64,000 nucleotides of DNA from Gammaproteobacteria bacterium (GCA_014075255.1 CP046178.1:1089616-1153615); one strand, 5' to 3'. Counted from the first letter of the stretch, positions 44,636 through 58,000 are shown. The notes: generated from the sequence alone by a model not told the origin. A program made the numbers and translations.

Positions 44636-45389
44636 CAGCTGCTTCCTTTTCAGACTTGCCCTCTGATTGGCCCTCTGATTGGTCCGCTGACTGACCCTCT
44701 TCAAACCGATGATCGTCTCGAATCACTTTCGGAACATTAATTCTTGGTTCAATTGAAACCGGCTGATAGATAACGCGTTTTTGATCTGGGTCATAACGCA
44801 CCTCAACATGACCCACCAATGGAAAATCTTTGCGGAACGGATGACCTGTAAATCCGTAATCTGTAAGAATACGCCGCAAATCTGGATGACTTTCAAAAAC
44901 AATTCCAAAAAGATCAAACGCTTCACGTTCATACCAATCTGCACAAGACCATAAACCTGTCACGGAGGAAAGGATCGGCAACTCATTGTCTTCGCAATAC
45001 ACTTTCACACGTATTCTTAAGTTATTCGCAACAGATAACAGATGATAAACCACTGCATAGCGCGGCCCATCCATTTCTGTACCTTGCTTAGCGTCATCAA
45101 AAGTAAAACGACCAAAAGAAGCTTTCTCTACTCCTCGACTAAATCCAGAAGAAGAAGGAGTTTCAGTATTCCACTCATCCGTTCCAAACTCTAAATAATC
45201 AACGCCCGCTAAATCTATTAATTGATCAAATTTAAATTCTGATGCACTGTTTAGTTTTGAAAGCACGCGCAATAGTTCGTCTGGATGAACAAGGATTGTA
45301 AGTTCATCATATTTAATTTCTACTGACTGTAGCGAAGATGCAAATACACGTTGCAGCTCAGTACTTAATTTATTGAGTTGATCTTGCAT
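44628..45389 (-). CDS. nuoC: NADH-quinone oxidoreductase subunit C
   Basis: 30 kDa subunit fold, 253 aa with an acidic C-terminal tail. Confidence 0.9.
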   Translation of the reverse strand: MQDQLNKLSTELQRVFASSLQSVEIKYDELTILVHPDELLRVLSKLNSASEFKFDQLIDLAGVDYLEFGTDEWNTETPSSSGFSRGVEKASFGRFTFDDAKQGTEMDGPRYAVVYHLLSVANNLRIRVKVYCEDNELPILSSVTGLWSCADWYEREAFDLFGIVFESHPDLRRILTDYGFTGHPFRKDFPLVGHVEVRYDPDQKRVIYQPVSIEPRINVPKVIRDDHRFEEGQSADQSEGQSEGKSEKEAADG

Positions 45390-45400
45390 AGAACTAGCAC

Positions 45401-45931
45401 TTAACGTGCAATAGTATTGGTGCGACGAATTTTATTTTGTAACTGCAATATACCGTATAGCAGTGCTTCTGCAGTGGGAGGACAACCTGGCACATACACA
45501 TCAACCGGTACGATGCGGTCACAGCCTCTCACTACTGAATAGGAATAGTGATAATAACCACCACCATTTGCACATGAACCCATCGAAATCACCCACTTAG
45601 GATCAGCCATTTGGTCATAAACCTTACGTAATGCAGGCGCCATTTTATTTACTAATGTTCCGGCGACAATCATCACATCCGATTGCCTAGGACTCGGACG
45701 AAACATTACACCAAAGCGATCAAGATCATATCTCGCTGCACCTGCATGCATCATTTCTACTGCACAACAAGCTAAACCAAATGTCATCGGCCACATTGAA
45801 CCTGTTCGTGCCCAATTAATTAAATCGTCAAGTTTGGTTGTTGCAAAACCTTTGTCATGAAAACCTTGATCATGAAAGCTTTGTTCTAGTGGACTCATAG
45901 GAGTATTAATTGAAGAGTTAATATTTGCCAT
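45401..45931 (-). CDS. nuoB: NADH-quinone oxidoreductase subunit B
   Basis: N2 cluster ligands ([26 protein letters not shown]). 176 aa. Confidence 0.95.
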   Translation of the reverse strand: MANINSSINTPMSPLEQSFHDQGFHDKGFATTKLDDLINWARTGSMWPMTFGLACCAVEMMHAGAARYDLDRFGVMFRPSPRQSDVMIVAGTLVNKMAPALRKVYDQMADPKWVISMGSCANGGGYYHYSYSVVRGCDRIVPVDVYVPGCPPTAEALLYGILQLQNKIRRTNTIAR

Positions 45932-45959
45932 AACAAACCTTTTTATTTCTTAACTAGGT

Positions 45960-46325
45960 TTAATCCCAATCAAGCGCACCTTTTTTCCATTCATAGATAA
46001 AGCCGATGGTAAGAATGATTAAAAAGATTGCCATTGAGACAAAACCTACCAAACCTACTTCACGAATCGCCACGGCCCAAGGAAATAGAAAAGCAATTTC
46101 CAAATCAAAAATGATGAATAAAATAGCCACCAAGTAGTAACGCACATCAAATTGCATGCGTGCATCTTCAAATGCTTCAAAACCACACTCATAAGGTGAT
46201 TCTTTTGCTGCATCTTTTACATGTGGTCCCAAACCTATTCGGGCTAAACCCAAAAACATTATGGCTCCACCAAAAACTGAGGCTATGACAATAAAAATTA
46301 AAACTGGAAGGTAGTTTTCAATCAT
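45960..46325 (-). CDS. nuoA: NADH-quinone oxidoreductase subunit A
   Basis: 121 aa three-TM ND3 homolog (PYECGFE motif). First gene of the operon. Confidence 0.9.
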   Translation of the reverse strand: MIENYLPVLIFIVIASVFGGAIMFLGLARIGLGPHVKDAAKESPYECGFEAFEDARMQFDVRYYLVAILFIIFDLEIAFLFPWAVAIREVGLVGFVSMAIFLIILTIGFIYEWKKGALDWD

Positions 46326-46674
46326 TATAGTTTCTCTTGTAGATCAAGCCACATAGTCTCACGAATAAATATACTCTTAGATTGATGTTTCATTCGATCT
46401 ATATCCTCGTGGCCCAAAAAAGCATGACCACTATTAACTTATTATTTTTGTTTTGTAGAATTTGATCTAAATATTTATACAGCGAATTACGCAGTATATC
46501 TTGTCAGAATACCTGAGTATTCAAACACATACTTAATTATATCGTACGACGTATACTTGACAGACATAGCTTGTTCATTTTATGAGCAAACTCTCCCGCA
46601 CACGGAATAAGGAATCGCACTGCGATACGCTATCTGCCTGTAATAGGTGCACGCAAATTTAGTCTGCGCATGCG

Positions 46675-46761
46675 TGGTGCCGATGGCCGGACTCGAACCG
46701 GCACGAGGTTGCCCCCACTAGCCCCTCAAGCTAGCGCGTCTACCAATTCCGCCACATCGGC
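46675..46761 (-). tRNA. leuU: tRNA-Leu (anticodon GAG) with long variable arm
   Basis: Reverse complement gccgatgtggcggaattggtagacgcgctagcttgaggggctagtgggggcaacctcgtgccggttcgagtccggccatcggcacca. The uuGAGgg anticodon loop and class II variable arm are present. Lies next to secG as leuU does in E. coli. Confidence 0.85.
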
Positions 46762-47146
46762 TGCATGAAAAGACCATTTTATCCTAAGGTATTCTAACTA
46801 GGATAATTTTTCGCTGATAGCGATATAAGACAGGATAATCCCTAGCTTATTAATATCCAAATTAGCTTTAACAAGAAGGGGTTAGCTCGACAAACTACAA
46901 TATAGACAACAATAAAAGATCATGGGATCATGGTTCAATCAACAGTTTACAACCAAATATATAAAGTTTGTACTTAGGGAGAACTAATAATGGATAAAGA
47001 CGAATATAAAGTATTCGATATGGCCGCACTCATCGTAGGCATAGTAATCGTTGTATATGCTCTCGTTATGGCTTTCGTATTCCCTTAAGCCTTTCAGCTA
47101 ACACCAAGGCTAATGGTTTAAAGTTAGAAAAATAACTTAGTTAGCC

Positions 47147-47656
47147 TTACTCTGGAACGTCGTCTGGCGTCACATTATCCAGAGTGCTTTCAACCTCTTC
47201 TTTAATCGCATCCATGCTGTCTTGAACTTCGTTTAACGAATCATTAGAGATAGCATCAGTTTGTGTATCCACAGGCATATCATCTTCAACACCCATCTCT
47301 TGGTCTGGTAGATCAGAAGACTCTGATTCCTTCATACTTTCAACATCGGGAATATCGGTAACAGTCGTATTTATTTCTGTTTGTTCAACATTGTCGATGA
47401 CACTTTCTGCAACAGGTCGATTACTCGCTAAATATGCAAGCGCTAAACTATTTATGAAAAATAATGTTGCAAGTATCGCAGTCAAACGCGTTAAGAAAGA
47501 CGCTGAACCTTGCGAACCAAATACGGTTCCGGAGGCACCGCTACCAAACGCCGCCCCAACATCAGCACCTTTACCATGTTGAATAAGAATTAATCCAATA
47601 ATGCCAATTGCAAGCAGCACATCGATGGAAACTAAGATGCTATATAAAGTATTCAT
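47147..47656 (-). CDS. secG: preprotein translocase subunit SecG (with acidic C-terminal extension)
   Basis: N-terminal 75 aa is canonical SecG (two TM helices and a Gly-rich GAAFGSGASGTVFGSQG loop). It is followed by an Asp/Glu/Ser-rich tail of about 90 aa. 169 aa. Confidence 0.85.
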   Translation of the reverse strand: MNTLYSILVSIDVLLAIGIIGLILIQHGKGADVGAAFGSGASGTVFGSQGSASFLTRLTAILATLFFINSLALAYLASNRPVAESVIDNVEQTEINTTVTDIPDVESMKESESSDLPDQEMGVEDDMPVDTQTDAISNDSLNEVQDSMDAIKEEVESTLDNVTPDDVPE

Positions 47657-47738
47657 GTATTAAAGATATCGTTATTAAAATATTTATTTCATTGACAACT
47701 TGTGAAGCTGCATAAGTTTGCGGTTTTAGTTTTCAGCC

Positions 47739-48491
47739 TTAATTTGCAGCAAGGGCAATTCCAATAAAATCATCAGCCTTAAGCGCTGCCCCACCAATCA
47801 AACCGCCATCAATATCGGGTTGTTGTAATAATTCCCGCGCATTATCAGGCTTCATACTGCCACCATAAAGAATTCGAATATTCGCCGCAATATCTTTATT
47901 TTGCGCATCCAAGGTAAGTCTAATTTCTTTGTGCACTTCTTGCGCTTGAGCTGGGGTGGCAACTTGTCCTGTTCCAATTGCCCATACAGGCTCATATGCG
48001 ATCACTGCTTTTTTAAATGCCCCTATACCAAATAGATCAAGCACAGCGTTAATCTGTGAAGCCACTACTACTTCCGTATGCCCGGCTTCACGCTCTTCTA
48101 ATGTCTCACCTACACACAAAATTGGTACTAATCCATTTTTTATAACATGGGCAAATTTTGTTGCAACTTTTTCGTTACTATCTCCATAGACATGTCGGCG
48201 TTCAGAATGACCAATGATGTTGTACTTACAGCCAAACTCTTTCACCATCGCGGCCGCAACTTCACCCGTATATGCACCACTTTCTTGATCAGAACAATCT
48301 TGGGCACCAATCGATATATCGCTACCCTCTAATAATTTCTGCACATGAGACAAATAAATATAAGGTGGGCACACCGCGAGCTCAGCATTCTTCACAGTAG
48401 ATAAATGCTCCTGAATACCAGAAATTAGCTCCGAAATACTATCCAGCGAGCCATTTAACTTCCAGTTTCCTGCTACCAGTGGTTGACGCAT
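47739..48491 (-). CDS. tpiA: triose-phosphate isomerase
   Basis: VAGNWKLNGS start, catalytic AYEPVWAIGTG and GGSMKP motifs. 250 aa. Confidence 0.95.
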   Translation of the reverse strand: MRQPLVAGNWKLNGSLDSISELISGIQEHLSTVKNAELAVCPPYIYLSHVQKLLEGSDISIGAQDCSDQESGAYTGEVAAAMVKEFGCKYNIIGHSERRHVYGDSNEKVATKFAHVIKNGLVPILCVGETLEEREAGHTEVVVASQINAVLDLFGIGAFKKAVIAYEPVWAIGTGQVATPAQAQEVHKEIRLTLDAQNKDIAANIRILYGGSMKPDNARELLQQPDIDGGLIGGAALKADDFIGIALAAN

Positions 48492-48616
48492 ATATAAGTG
48501 TCTAATGTCAGAATATAAAGGCGCGCAGCTTACCTATGCCAGGCGCTTTAGGCAAATACTATATTTTTCTCAAAATCACTTTTACAGATGAGGTTGGATT
48601 AGCTACGCGGGCTAGC

Positions 48617-49966
48617 TTAGCAAGCGGCGCTTACGCTGTCCGCAATCTGCTGGGCTAATTGCTGAACTTTTGGTGCATCTACACCTTCAACCATCACCCG
48701 TACAAGCGGTTCAGTCCCAGAAGGTCTAAGTAGCACTCTCCCTGTATCAGCAAGGTCAGATTCTGCATCTTTTACGGCTTGTTGAATTTGCGGCGTATTA
48801 TCTAGATCAATCTTAGCTTTAATCGGTACATTAATAAGTATCTGCGGATATTTACTCATCCCTGACTTGGCATCACGCAAGCTGACTTGCTGATTTACCA
48901 ATACTTGTAATACTTGCAAGGCTGAAATAATCGCATCTCCCGTAGTGGTTCTATCCAAACATATAATATGTCCAGAAGATTCTCCCCCAAGCAACCATGA
49001 ACGCTCCTTGAGCATTTCCATGACATAACGATCACCTACCGCAGCGCGACTAAACTCAATATCTTGTGCACGTAATGCGTGCTCAAGCCCTAGATTGCTC
49101 ATCAATGTTCCAACCACTCCGCCGTGCAAAAGATTTTCACTTTTTCGTGCTTGTGCGATGACATATAAAAGTTCGTCGCCATCTACTATTGCACCAGTAT
49201 CATCTACCATTATTAAACGATCACCATCACCATCAATCGCAATTCCTAAATCAGCATGATGCTCAATAACAGCCATACGCAATGCTTTTGGATCGGTTGC
49301 GCCACATTTTTCATTTATATTCAAACCATTTGGTTTAGATGAGAGACTAATGACTTCAGCGCCTAATTCTGTAAATACATTTGGAGCAATGTGATAAGTA
49401 GCTCCGTGCGCGCAATCAAGTACGATCTTTAAACCATTTAATGTAATTCGCGTTGGGATAGTACTCTTACAAAACTCAATATATCGCCCAGCGGCATCCG
49501 TTATACGCTCAACTTTTCCAAGTTGATCAGAAGCAACTACTTCTAACGGCTTATCCAGTTGGCTTTCAATTTCTAATTCGATCGAGTCTGGAAGTTTTTT
49601 TCCTTCAGAAGAAAAAAACTTAACACCGTTATCGTAGTAAGGGTTATGTGAAGCACTAATTACAATTCCAGCTGCTGCACGCAATGTGCGAGTTAAATAC
49701 GCAACCGCAGGAGTAGGCATAGGGCCCAATAAACGCGCATCAACACCTGCAGCAGAAAGTCCTGCTTCTAACACCGACTCAAACATATAACCGGAAATAC
49801 GCGTGTCTTTGCCAATTAAAACTAAATTGTTATTTTCGCTACATAAAACTCGACCCACAGCCCAACCCAATTTTAATACAAACTCAGGCGTCATCACCCC
49901 GTCGCCTACGCGACCGCGGATTCCATCGGTACCAAAATATTTTCGTTCCATAAAAACTAAATCCAA
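48617..49966 (-). CDS. glmM: phosphoglucosamine mutase
   Basis: YFGTDGIRG start and phosphoserine loop [11 protein letters not shown]. 449 aa. Confidence 0.95.
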   Translation of the reverse strand: MDLVFMERKYFGTDGIRGRVGDGVMTPEFVLKLGWAVGRVLCSENNNLVLIGKDTRISGYMFESVLEAGLSAAGVDARLLGPMPTPAVAYLTRTLRAAAGIVISASHNPYYDNGVKFFSSEGKKLPDSIELEIESQLDKPLEVVASDQLGKVERITDAAGRYIEFCKSTIPTRITLNGLKIVLDCAHGATYHIAPNVFTELGAEVISLSSKPNGLNINEKCGATDPKALRMAVIEHHADLGIAIDGDGDRLIMVDDTGAIVDGDELLYVIAQARKSENLLHGGVVGTLMSNLGLEHALRAQDIEFSRAAVGDRYVMEMLKERSWLLGGESSGHIICLDRTTTGDAIISALQVLQVLVNQQVSLRDAKSGMSKYPQILINVPIKAKIDLDNTPQIQQAVKDAESDLADTGRVLLRPSGTEPLVRVMVEGVDAPKVQQLAQQIADSVSAAC

Positions 49967-50140
49967 CTCATTATTTAGTAGTAGATTTTATAGCCTATTG
50001 CACAAAAAAAGTACTTTGATTTGTTCACAATACGACAGAATCACGCGTTTGCGTGATTGTTATGGCCTTTCTTTTAGAGATTAGTTGAGGGTATTCAAGA
50101 AGCAACTAGATTAAATCGCTTCTTGTAAGATTAAATACTA

Positions 50141-52063
50141 CTAGTGCTCACCTGCCGGTCCACCTATTGGACCAGAATCTTTTTCATCTTGTGAAGACGA
50201 TGCAGTAGAACCAGAATCAGGCTTATCATCATCCATCCAATCTTTAGGCGGACTAGGTACTTTGCCTTCCATAATTTCATTGATTTGATCTTTATCGATG
50301 GTTTCATATTTAATCAATGCTTTCGCCATCGCATGCAACTTATCCATGTTTTCATTAAGAATTTTTTCTGCACGCTCATAATTAGTATCAATGATACGAC
50401 GAATCTCTTGATCTATGGAATTTGCAGTGTCATCTGAAACTGATTTGTGCTGCGTTACAGAATGACCTAAGAAAACTTCACCGTCATCTTCACCATAAGA
50501 GAGTGGACCCATTTTCTCAGACAAACCCCATCTAGTTACCATCGCGCGTGCTAGTTCAGTTGCACGTTCTATATCATTAGATGCACCGGTAGTTACACGG
50601 TCAGCCCCTAAAGTGATTTCTTCTGCAATACGACCACCAAACAAAGTGGAAATCTGACTTTCTAAACGTTGCTTACTGTGGCTGTAGCGGTCTTCTTCTG
50701 GCAAAAACATCGTCACACCTAGTGCACGTCCTCGTGGAATAATGGTTACCTTATAAACCGGATCATGATCAGGAACTAAGCGACCCACAATAGCGTGACC
50801 CGATTCATGATATGCAGTGTTTTTCTTTTCTTCTTCATCCATCACCATGGACTTACGTTCTGCGCCCATAAGAATTTTATCTTTGGCGCGCTCAAACTCT
50901 TCCATGTCTACCGTACGTTTATTTGCACGTGCAGCAAACAAAGCTGCTTCATTCACCAAGTTTGCTAAATCTGCACCGGAAAAACCAGGAGTTCCACGGG
51001 CAATGTAATCTGGTCGAACATCTTTACCCATAGGGACTTTACGCATATGTACTTTAAGGATTTGTTCACGACCACGAATATCTGGTAGTGGAACCGTTAC
51101 TTGACGATCAAATCGACCAGGGCGAAGTAACGCTGGATCTAAAACATCAGGCCGGTTAGTTGCAGCAATCACGATTACGCCTTCGTTACCTTCAAATCCA
51201 TCCATCTCAACCAGCAATTGATTAAGAGTTTGTTCACGTTCATCATGCCCGCCACCAAGACCTGCGCCACGGTGCCGACCTACTGCATCAATCTCATCGA
51301 TAAAGATAATACATGGGGAATGTTTCTTAGCTTGAGCAAACATATCACGTACACGTGATGCGCCCACACCGACAAACATCTCAACAAAGTCTGAACCAGA
51401 GATAGTAAAGAAAGGAACTTTAGCTTCACCTGCAATGGCTTTCGCTAATAAGGTTTTACCAGTACCCGGTGAACCTACCATTAAAACACCGCGAGGAATT
51501 TTACCACCCAGTTTTTGAAACTTACCTGGATCACGTAAAAATTCTACCAGTTCGGAAACTTCATCTTTTGCTTCTTCAACGCCTGCTACATCAGCAAACG
51601 TGACTTTTATTTGATCTTCACCCATTAAGCGCGCTTTACTCTTACCAAATGACATCGCGCCACGACCAGAACCACCACCTTGCATCTGGCGCATGAAGAA
51701 TATCCACACACCAATGAGCAATAACATTGGGAACCAGCTAATTAATATATCTAAAAGTAATGAACGCGGCTTTGCTTCACCCGCCTCAACCACCACATCA
51801 TATTTAAGTAATGTATCTAATAACTTCTCATCGCCTGGACTATTCGTTTCAAACTTTTCGTTATTTTCGAGCATACCCGTAATCTGGCGATTATCGGGAC
51901 TAATCATTACCGATTGAACGTTGCCTGATTTAACTTGTTTTATGAACTCAGAATAATCAAGTTCATCTGGCGTCTCTGGGCGTGGTGCAAAGTTATTGAA
52001 AACAGTCATTAAGACGACTGCAATCACAGCCCAAAGCAATAAATTTTTTACCATGTCGTTCAA
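50141..52063 (-). CDS. ftsH: ATP-dependent zinc metalloprotease FtsH
   Basis: N-terminal TM helices, AAA Walker [12 protein letters not shown] region and zinc motif HESGHAIVG. 640 aa. Confidence 0.95.
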   Translation of the reverse strand: MNDMVKNLLLWAVIAVVLMTVFNNFAPRPETPDELDYSEFIKQVKSGNVQSVMISPDNRQITGMLENNEKFETNSPGDEKLLDTLLKYDVVVEAGEAKPRSLLLDILISWFPMLLLIGVWIFFMRQMQGGGSGRGAMSFGKSKARLMGEDQIKVTFADVAGVEEAKDEVSELVEFLRDPGKFQKLGGKIPRGVLMVGSPGTGKTLLAKAIAGEAKVPFFTISGSDFVEMFVGVGASRVRDMFAQAKKHSPCIIFIDEIDAVGRHRGAGLGGGHDEREQTLNQLLVEMDGFEGNEGVIVIAATNRPDVLDPALLRPGRFDRQVTVPLPDIRGREQILKVHMRKVPMGKDVRPDYIARGTPGFSGADLANLVNEAALFAARANKRTVDMEEFERAKDKILMGAERKSMVMDEEEKKNTAYHESGHAIVGRLVPDHDPVYKVTIIPRGRALGVTMFLPEEDRYSHSKQRLESQISTLFGGRIAEEITLGADRVTTGASNDIERATELARAMVTRWGLSEKMGPLSYGEDDGEVFLGHSVTQHKSVSDDTANSIDQEIRRIIDTNYERAEKILNENMDKLHAMAKALIKYETIDKDQINEIMEGKVPSPPKDWMDDDKPDSGSTASSSQDEKDSGPIGGPAGEH

Positions 52064-52114
52064 AAAGTTAACCTCTTACTTATAATTCAAACACTTAAAC
52101 GAATATTGACCTTA

Positions 52115-52723
52115 CTATAACTTAATATGAGTGGCCAGGGCATACATCTCACGGCTACGCGGTCTGGACGCTTCTGGCTTACGAATCAATACTTTACTGA
52201 ATTTTGAGCGCAATATTTTTACATAATCATCAAAACCAGTGCCTTGAAACAGTTTCACTACCAGACCACCGTCCGGCGCCAAGACCTCAACACTAAACTC
52301 AACGGCTAATTCTGCTAGATACATGGCCTTTGGCTGGTCAACGCTGTTGATACCACTAATATTGGGGGCCATATCACTTAAAACAAGGTCTATAGGGTTT
52401 TGACCCACTAATTCACGCAAAGATTCATATATATCTTGCTCGGTGAAGTCACCCTTTAAGAAATGCACATTATTTATTGCATCCATATCCAGTACATCAA
52501 TAGCGATCAACTTACCGGTCTTACCCACTTTCTTAGCCACATACTGACTCCAACCTCCAGGGGCAGCACCTAAATCAACAATATTCTTTCCTTGATGAAT
52601 AAGATTGTATTTTTTATCAAGCTCTTCTAATTTATAAACCGCACGCGAACGCCAACCCTCTTTGATCGCGCGTTTAACAAATGGATCATCATTATGTTCT
52701 TTTAACCAGGCCTTACTTTTCAT
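52115..52723 (-). CDS. rlmE: 23S rRNA 2'-O-ribose U2552 methyltransferase
   Basis: RSRAVYKLEELDKK and SAM motif VDLGAAPGGWSQY. 202 aa. ftsJ-ftsH order conserved. Confidence 0.9.
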   Translation of the reverse strand: MKSKAWLKEHNDDPFVKRAIKEGWRSRAVYKLEELDKKYNLIHQGKNIVDLGAAPGGWSQYVAKKVGKTGKLIAIDVLDMDAINNVHFLKGDFTEQDIYESLRELVGQNPIDLVLSDMAPNISGINSVDQPKAMYLAELAVEFSVEVLAPDGGLVVKLFQGTGFDDYVKILRSKFSKVLIRKPEASRPRSREMYALATHIKL

Positions 52724-52898
52724 AAGAAATTATTAGTGTGAATAACAATTAGAACTCAAAGAAGTTCTAGTTTATTTCAAGACGAGGCAAATGAGAATGA
52801 GAAAGCGGAGTGTATATGCTCATACTAGAGCATTTCGAAAGAACATTTAACGACCTAATACAATTAATTAGGGTGGAATAAATCAGAGCTTCAAGCAC

Positions 52899-53375
52899 TC
52901 ACTCGTAGCGGACTTCAACTACTTCATAGTCTTTGTTCCCCGCAGGCGCTTCAACCGTAATCAAATCACCTTCTTCTTTTGCAATCATTGCACGAGCTAT
53001 CGGAGAAGTTACAGAAATCATACCCTGCTTAATATCGGCCTCATCCTCACCAACTATTTTATAGGTAACTTCGTCACCGCTATCTTCATCTGCCAATATA
53101 ACCGTTGCACCAAACACAACACGACCGTTAGCATTTACTTTAGTTACATCAATAACTTCAGCATTAGATAATTTTCCTTCAATCTCTTTAATACGACCTT
53201 CTGCAAATGACTGTTGTTCTCTTGCTGCATGATATTCTGCATTTTCTTTTAGGTCACCGTGTGCACGTGCGGTTGCTATAGCCTCGATAATCTGAGGTCG
53301 CTTAACATTCTTAAGCTCGTCTAATTCAGCGCGTAATTTTTCAGCACCCTTAACGGTTAATGGAACTCTATTCAT
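52899..53375 (-). CDS. greA: transcription elongation factor GreA
   Basis: N-terminal coiled coil ([18 protein letters not shown]) and FKBP-like C-domain. 158 aa. Confidence 0.9.
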   Translation of the reverse strand: MNRVPLTVKGAEKLRAELDELKNVKRPQIIEAIATARAHGDLKENAEYHAAREQQSFAEGRIKEIEGKLSNAEVIDVTKVNANGRVVFGATVILADEDSGDEVTYKIVGEDEADIKQGMISVTSPIARAMIAKEEGDLITVEAPAGNKDYEVVEVRYE

Positions 53376-53427
53376 ACTTCACACCAAAATAATTAAAATA
53401 ATGTGCAAAAAATACTAATCTTTTACA

Positions 53428-56400
53428 TTAATGATTTGTTTGGGCATGCAAATCTTGAAGTCGATAAACCTGATAACTATCTTTGCTCTGCATGGCTTCT
53501 TTAAGCGCCCAAGCCCCCGCAATCGTAGTGGTATAACACACCTTATGTTGCAGCGCTTCCCTTCTAATTGTAAACGAATCCGCAATCGCTTGTTTACCTT
53601 CTGTGGTATTCACAATTAAGTCAATTTTACCATCAATTATCATGTCGACAATGTGAGGACGCCCTTCCCTAACCTTATTCACCGTATCGCATTCAATGCC
53701 CTTTTCGCTCAGAGCTCTTGCTGTTCCTTTTGTTGCCACAACATTAAAACCAAGCATTTTTAGCTGCTCAGCAATAAGTGTAGCTTGTTCTCTATCTTCC
53801 TTACGCACACTTAATAACACACACCCCGACTCAGGAAAATTCGTTCCTGCGGCTAATTGTGACTTACCAAACGCTTCGCCAAAGGTTTCACCCACTCCCA
53901 TAACTTCACCAGTAGACTTCATCTCAGGACCCAGTATTGGATCTACTCCAAGAAATTTGATAAATGGGAATACCGCTTCTTTAACTGAAAAATATTTAGG
54001 TGTGATTTCTTTAGTTGCATTTTGTTCTTTAAGTGTTTTACCCACCATGCAACGTGCAGCAATTTTTGCCAATGGCTGGCCAATCGCTTTAGAAACAAAA
54101 GGTACGGTACGTGATGCGCGTGGATTTACTTCGATTAAATAAACTTTCTCATCTTTAATCGCAAACTGAATATTCATCAAACCTTTAACTTGTAAAGCCA
54201 ATGCAAGTTGAGTCGCTTGCTTGCGCATTACATCTTGCACTTCATCACTTAAATTATAAGGAGGCAATGAACATGCGCTATCACCTGAGTGAATACCAGC
54301 TTGCTCAATGTGCTGCATAACGCCGCCAATTAACACATTCTTTCCGTCACATATCGCATCGAGATCAATTTCTACCGCGTTATCAAGGAAATGATCTATC
54401 AATACCGGCGCATCATTAGAAACCTTAACGGCTTCGCGCATATAGCGCTCTAAATCGGAACGATTGTAAACAATCTCCATTGCGCGCCCACCTAAAACAT
54501 AAGAAGGACGAACCACTACGGGATAACCAATCTTGTCTGCTGCTTCAACTGCTTGTTCAGTACTGGTCGCGGTTGCATTAGGCGGCTGCAATAATTTTAA
54601 ATCATTGACTAATTGCAAAAAACGTTCACGATCTTCTGCAAGATCAATTGAATCCGGACTGGTGCCAACAATCGGAACGCCAGCGGCTTCGAGATCTTGA
54701 GCAAGCTTTAGTGGAGTTTGCCCACCAAACTGCACAATTACTCCATACGGCTTTTCAACACGCACAATCTCTAAAACATCTTCTAGCGTTAACGGTTCAA
54801 AATAGAGTCGATCCGATGTGTCGTAATCTGTTGAAACAGTTTCAGGATTACAGTTCACCATAATGGTTTCATAACCATCTTCGCGCATTGCAAAGGCTGC
54901 ATGCACACAACAATAGTCAAACTCGATACCTTGGCCAATGCGATTTGGCCCGCCGCCTAAAACAATAATCTTCTTGTTGTCGCTTGGCTCGGCTTCGCAC
55001 TCTTCGTCATAACTTGAATACATATACGCAGTACTCGTCGCAAACTCTGCTGCACAGGTATCCACCCTCTTATATATAGGGTGAACACTCAAAGCTGTTC
55101 GTTTTGCTCGCACATCATTTTCATTGCACTGCAACAGCTTTGCGATTCTACGATCCGAAAAACCTTTGCGTTTAATACCACGCATCGTTGGCTCATCGAT
55201 AGACGCTAATTTCATCGAAGCCATATCCGCTTCCATATCGACAAGCTGTTTTAGCTGGGCAAGAAACCAAGGGTCAATTGATGTAGATTCAAATAGCTCT
55301 TCATTACTTTGCCCCAAGCGCATTGCATCACCCACATACCAAACACGATTTGGACCAGGCTCCTGCAACTCAGAAGTTAATATACCTAGATGTTCCTCAT
55401 CATATTCCTCGTGCATAGGATCTAAACCATCGACCCCTACCTCTAAACCGCGCAAAGCTTTTTGAAATGATTCTTGAAAAGTTCGGCCTATGGCCATTAC
55501 TTCACCCACCGATTTCATTTGCGTACTTAACTTCGCTTTAGCTTGCGGGAATTTTTCAAACGTAAACCGAGGAATTTTTGTTACTACATAATCAATACTC
55601 GGCTCAAATGATGCCGGAGTTGCACCACCAGTAATTTCATTTTGCAATTCATCTAACGTATAGCCAATCGCAAGTTTTGCAGCAACTTTAGCAATAGGAA
55701 AACCCGTTGCTTTGGATGCCAATGCTGAAGATCTAGACACGCGAGGGTTCATTTCAATAATCACCATGCGACCGTCTTCAGGATTTATTGAAAACTGCAC
55801 ATTAGAACCACCAGTATCCACACCAATTTTACGCAACACATCCAACGATGCGTTGCGCATGATTTGGTATTCTTTATCGGTAAGAGTCTGTGCGGGAGCA
55901 ACGGTAATTGAATCACCCGTGTGCACACCCATCGGGTCAAAGTTTTCTATTGAACAAATAATGATGCAGTTGTCATTTTTATCTCGCACCACTTCCATTT
56001 CATACTCTTTCCAACCCAACAAAGACTCTTCGAGCAATACTTCGCTAGTCGGCGAGAGATCCAAACCATGCGCAATGATCTCTTTAAATTCTTCTAAGTT
56101 ATAAGCGATTCCTCCGCCACTGCCACCCATAGTGAATGACGGTCGAATTACGGTTGGGAACCCCAAGCTAGGTTGCTGCTGAATCGCTTCTTCTAAACTA
56201 TGTGCAAGTGCGGAACGTGCAGACTTTAATCCAATGTCTTCCATCGCTCTGCGGAACAATTCTCGATCTTCTGCCATGTCGATGGCTTCTTTTTTCGCAC
56301 CAATCATTTCGATTGAAAACTTTTCTAAAACGCCTTCACGATCTAAGTCCAAAGCACAGTTCAAAGCGGTTTGCCCACCCATAGTTGGCAGCAACACATC

Positions 56401-56649
56401 AGGACGTTCTTTTTCAATAATTTGTGCAACGGTTTGCCACGTGATGGGTTCGATATAGATCGCATCCGCCATCTCAGGATCCGTCATGATGGTAGCTGGA
56501 TTAGAGTTCACCAAAATTACACGGTAACCCTCTTCGCGTAGTGCTTTACATGCTTGCGCGCCAGAGTAATCAAATTCACATGCCTGCCCGATCACTATCG
56601 GTCCGGCACCAATTATCAATACACTTTTTATGTCCGTACGTTTAGGCAT
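53428..56649 (-). CDS. carB: carbamoyl-phosphate synthase large subunit
   Basis: Duplicated ATP-grasp halves and MGS-like C-terminus. 1073 aa. Confidence 0.95.
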   Translation of the reverse strand: MPKRTDIKSVLIIGAGPIVIGQACEFDYSGAQACKALREEGYRVILVNSNPATIMTDPEMADAIYIEPITWQTVAQIIEKERPDVLLPTMGGQTALNCALDLDREGVLEKFSIEMIGAKKEAIDMAEDRELFRRAMEDIGLKSARSALAHSLEEAIQQQPSLGFPTVIRPSFTMGGSGGGIAYNLEEFKEIIAHGLDLSPTSEVLLEESLLGWKEYEMEVVRDKNDNCIIICSIENFDPMGVHTGDSITVAPAQTLTDKEYQIMRNASLDVLRKIGVDTGGSNVQFSINPEDGRMVIIEMNPRVSRSSALASKATGFPIAKVAAKLAIGYTLDELQNEITGGATPASFEPSIDYVVTKIPRFTFEKFPQAKAKLSTQMKSVGEVMAIGRTFQESFQKALRGLEVGVDGLDPMHEEYDEEHLGILTSELQEPGPNRVWYVGDAMRLGQSNEELFESTSIDPWFLAQLKQLVDMEADMASMKLASIDEPTMRGIKRKGFSDRRIAKLLQCNENDVRAKRTALSVHPIYKRVDTCAAEFATSTAYMYSSYDEECEAEPSDNKKIIVLGGGPNRIGQGIEFDYCCVHAAFAMREDGYETIMVNCNPETVSTDYDTSDRLYFEPLTLEDVLEIVRVEKPYGVIVQFGGQTPLKLAQDLEAAGVPIVGTSPDSIDLAEDRERFLQLVNDLKLLQPPNATATSTEQAVEAADKIGYPVVVRPSYVLGGRAMEIVYNRSDLERYMREAVKVSNDAPVLIDHFLDNAVEIDLDAICDGKNVLIGGVMQHIEQAGIHSGDSACSLPPYNLSDEVQDVMRKQATQLALALQVKGLMNIQFAIKDEKVYLIEVNPRASRTVPFVSKAIGQPLAKIAARCMVGKTLKEQNATKEITPKYFSVKEAVFPFIKFLGVDPILGPEMKSTGEVMGVGETFGEAFGKSQLAAGTNFPESGCVLLSVRKEDREQATLIAEQLKMLGFNVVATKGTARALSEKGIECDTVNKVREGRPHIVDMIIDGKIDLIVNTTEGKQAIADSFTIRREALQHKVCYTTTIAGAWALKEAMQSKDSYQVYRLQDLHAQTNH

Positions 56650-57817
56650 GGTTTAAACGTGCCTTATACTCTTCCATCAACTTGATGAAATGTTCAAATA
56701 GAGGTTTAACATCTTGAGGACCCGGACTGGCTTCTGGATGGCCTTGAAAACTGTAAGCGGGTTTTTGAGTGTGGCGGATACCTTGTAACGATCCATCAAA
56801 TAGAGATCGGTGTGTTGCCTCTAGCTCATTCGGCAAGGTTTTCTCATCCACTGCAAAACCATGATTCTGACTACTAATCATTACCAAGCTAGTGCTCAAA
56901 TCTTGTACAGGATGGTTCGCACCATGGTGACCAAATTTCATCTTGGTGGTTTTTGCACCACATGCCAGACCTAACAATTGATGACCTAAACAAATTCCAA
57001 AGGTAGGTACACCTGCCGCAATTATTTCTTGAATAGCTTGAATCGCATAATCACAAGGTTCCGGATCACCCGGGCCATTAGATAGAAAAATTCCATCAGG
57101 ATTTTTTGCCAGCACTTCACTTGCTGTCGTAGTTGCAGGGATTACTTCAAGCTCACAACCAAGGTCATGAAGAATACGCAGAATGTTACGTTTTACTCCA
57201 AAGTCATATGCTAAGACTTTGAAACTATGATTATTCTTCTTGGTACCATCCTGATTACTTTGGTAACCATTTTCTAAATCCCAACAGCCCTCGTTCCATG
57301 CATAAGGTTTATCAGTGGTAACTTCTTTTGCCAGATCCATGCCTTTCAAACCAGCAAAACCTTTCGCAGCGGCTAAAGCTTGTTCTTCACTAATATCGCT
57401 CAACGAATTTCCGGCCATGATAGCGCCGTTTTGCGCACCCTCCTCTCGTAGAATTCTAGTCAACCTACGAGTATCAATATCGGCAATCGAAACTACATTA
57501 TGTTTTTTTAAATAAGTAGATAAATCAGATTGTTGTCGCCAATTACTTACCTGTATCGGTAAGTCTCGAATGACCAATCCAGTCGCGAAAATTTGAGCAG
57601 ATTCTTCGTCTTCAAAATTAACACCTACATTACCAATGTGCGGATACGTCAGTGTGATGATTTGTTGCGCGTAAGAAGGGTCTGTGAGAATTTCCTGATA
57701 ACCCGTCATAGAAGTATTGAAAACGACTTCCCCTACCGATAAACCCGATATGCCAATAGAGCTTCCCCAAAAAAGACTGCCGTCTTCTAAAGCAAGCAAG
57801 GCGGGTTGATGACTCAA
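56642..57817 (-). CDS. carA: carbamoyl-phosphate synthase small subunit
   Basis: CPSase small-chain N-domain and GATase1 (GICLGHQLL, catalytic Cys-His). Overlaps the carB start by 8 nt. 391 aa. Confidence 0.95.
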   Translation of the reverse strand: MSHQPALLALEDGSLFWGSSIGISGLSVGEVVFNTSMTGYQEILTDPSYAQQIITLTYPHIGNVGVNFEDEESAQIFATGLVIRDLPIQVSNWRQQSDLSTYLKKHNVVSIADIDTRRLTRILREEGAQNGAIMAGNSLSDISEEQALAAAKGFAGLKGMDLAKEVTTDKPYAWNEGCWDLENGYQSNQDGTKKNNHSFKVLAYDFGVKRNILRILHDLGCELEVIPATTTASEVLAKNPDGIFLSNGPGDPEPCDYAIQAIQEIIAAGVPTFGICLGHQLLGLACGAKTTKMKFGHHGANHPVQDLSTSLVMISSQNHGFAVDEKTLPNELEATHRSLFDGSLQGIRHTQKPAYSFQGHPEASPGPQDVKPLFEHFIKLMEEYKARLNHA

Positions 57818-58000
57818 AAAACGACTCTCCTAATCTATAAGGCGCAGATGTAAAAACGGGACGACCAGTTGGTCATCCCGTAAAAATTCTGTGCAATCGG
57901 TGGACCGGGAGAATTGTACTCAAATCATCGGCTTAGTGAAACCGAGAATTAGAGATATTGGCTGAGAATTAATCAGTTTAGTAAGCACATGGATGTGCGC

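Noticed and set aside
52751-52770. Palindrome tagaactcaaagaagttcta in the rlmE-greA spacer as terminator or operator
   Set aside because: AT-rich 7 bp arms without flanking U-tract. Such dyads occur by chance in AT-rich DNA. Insufficient support.
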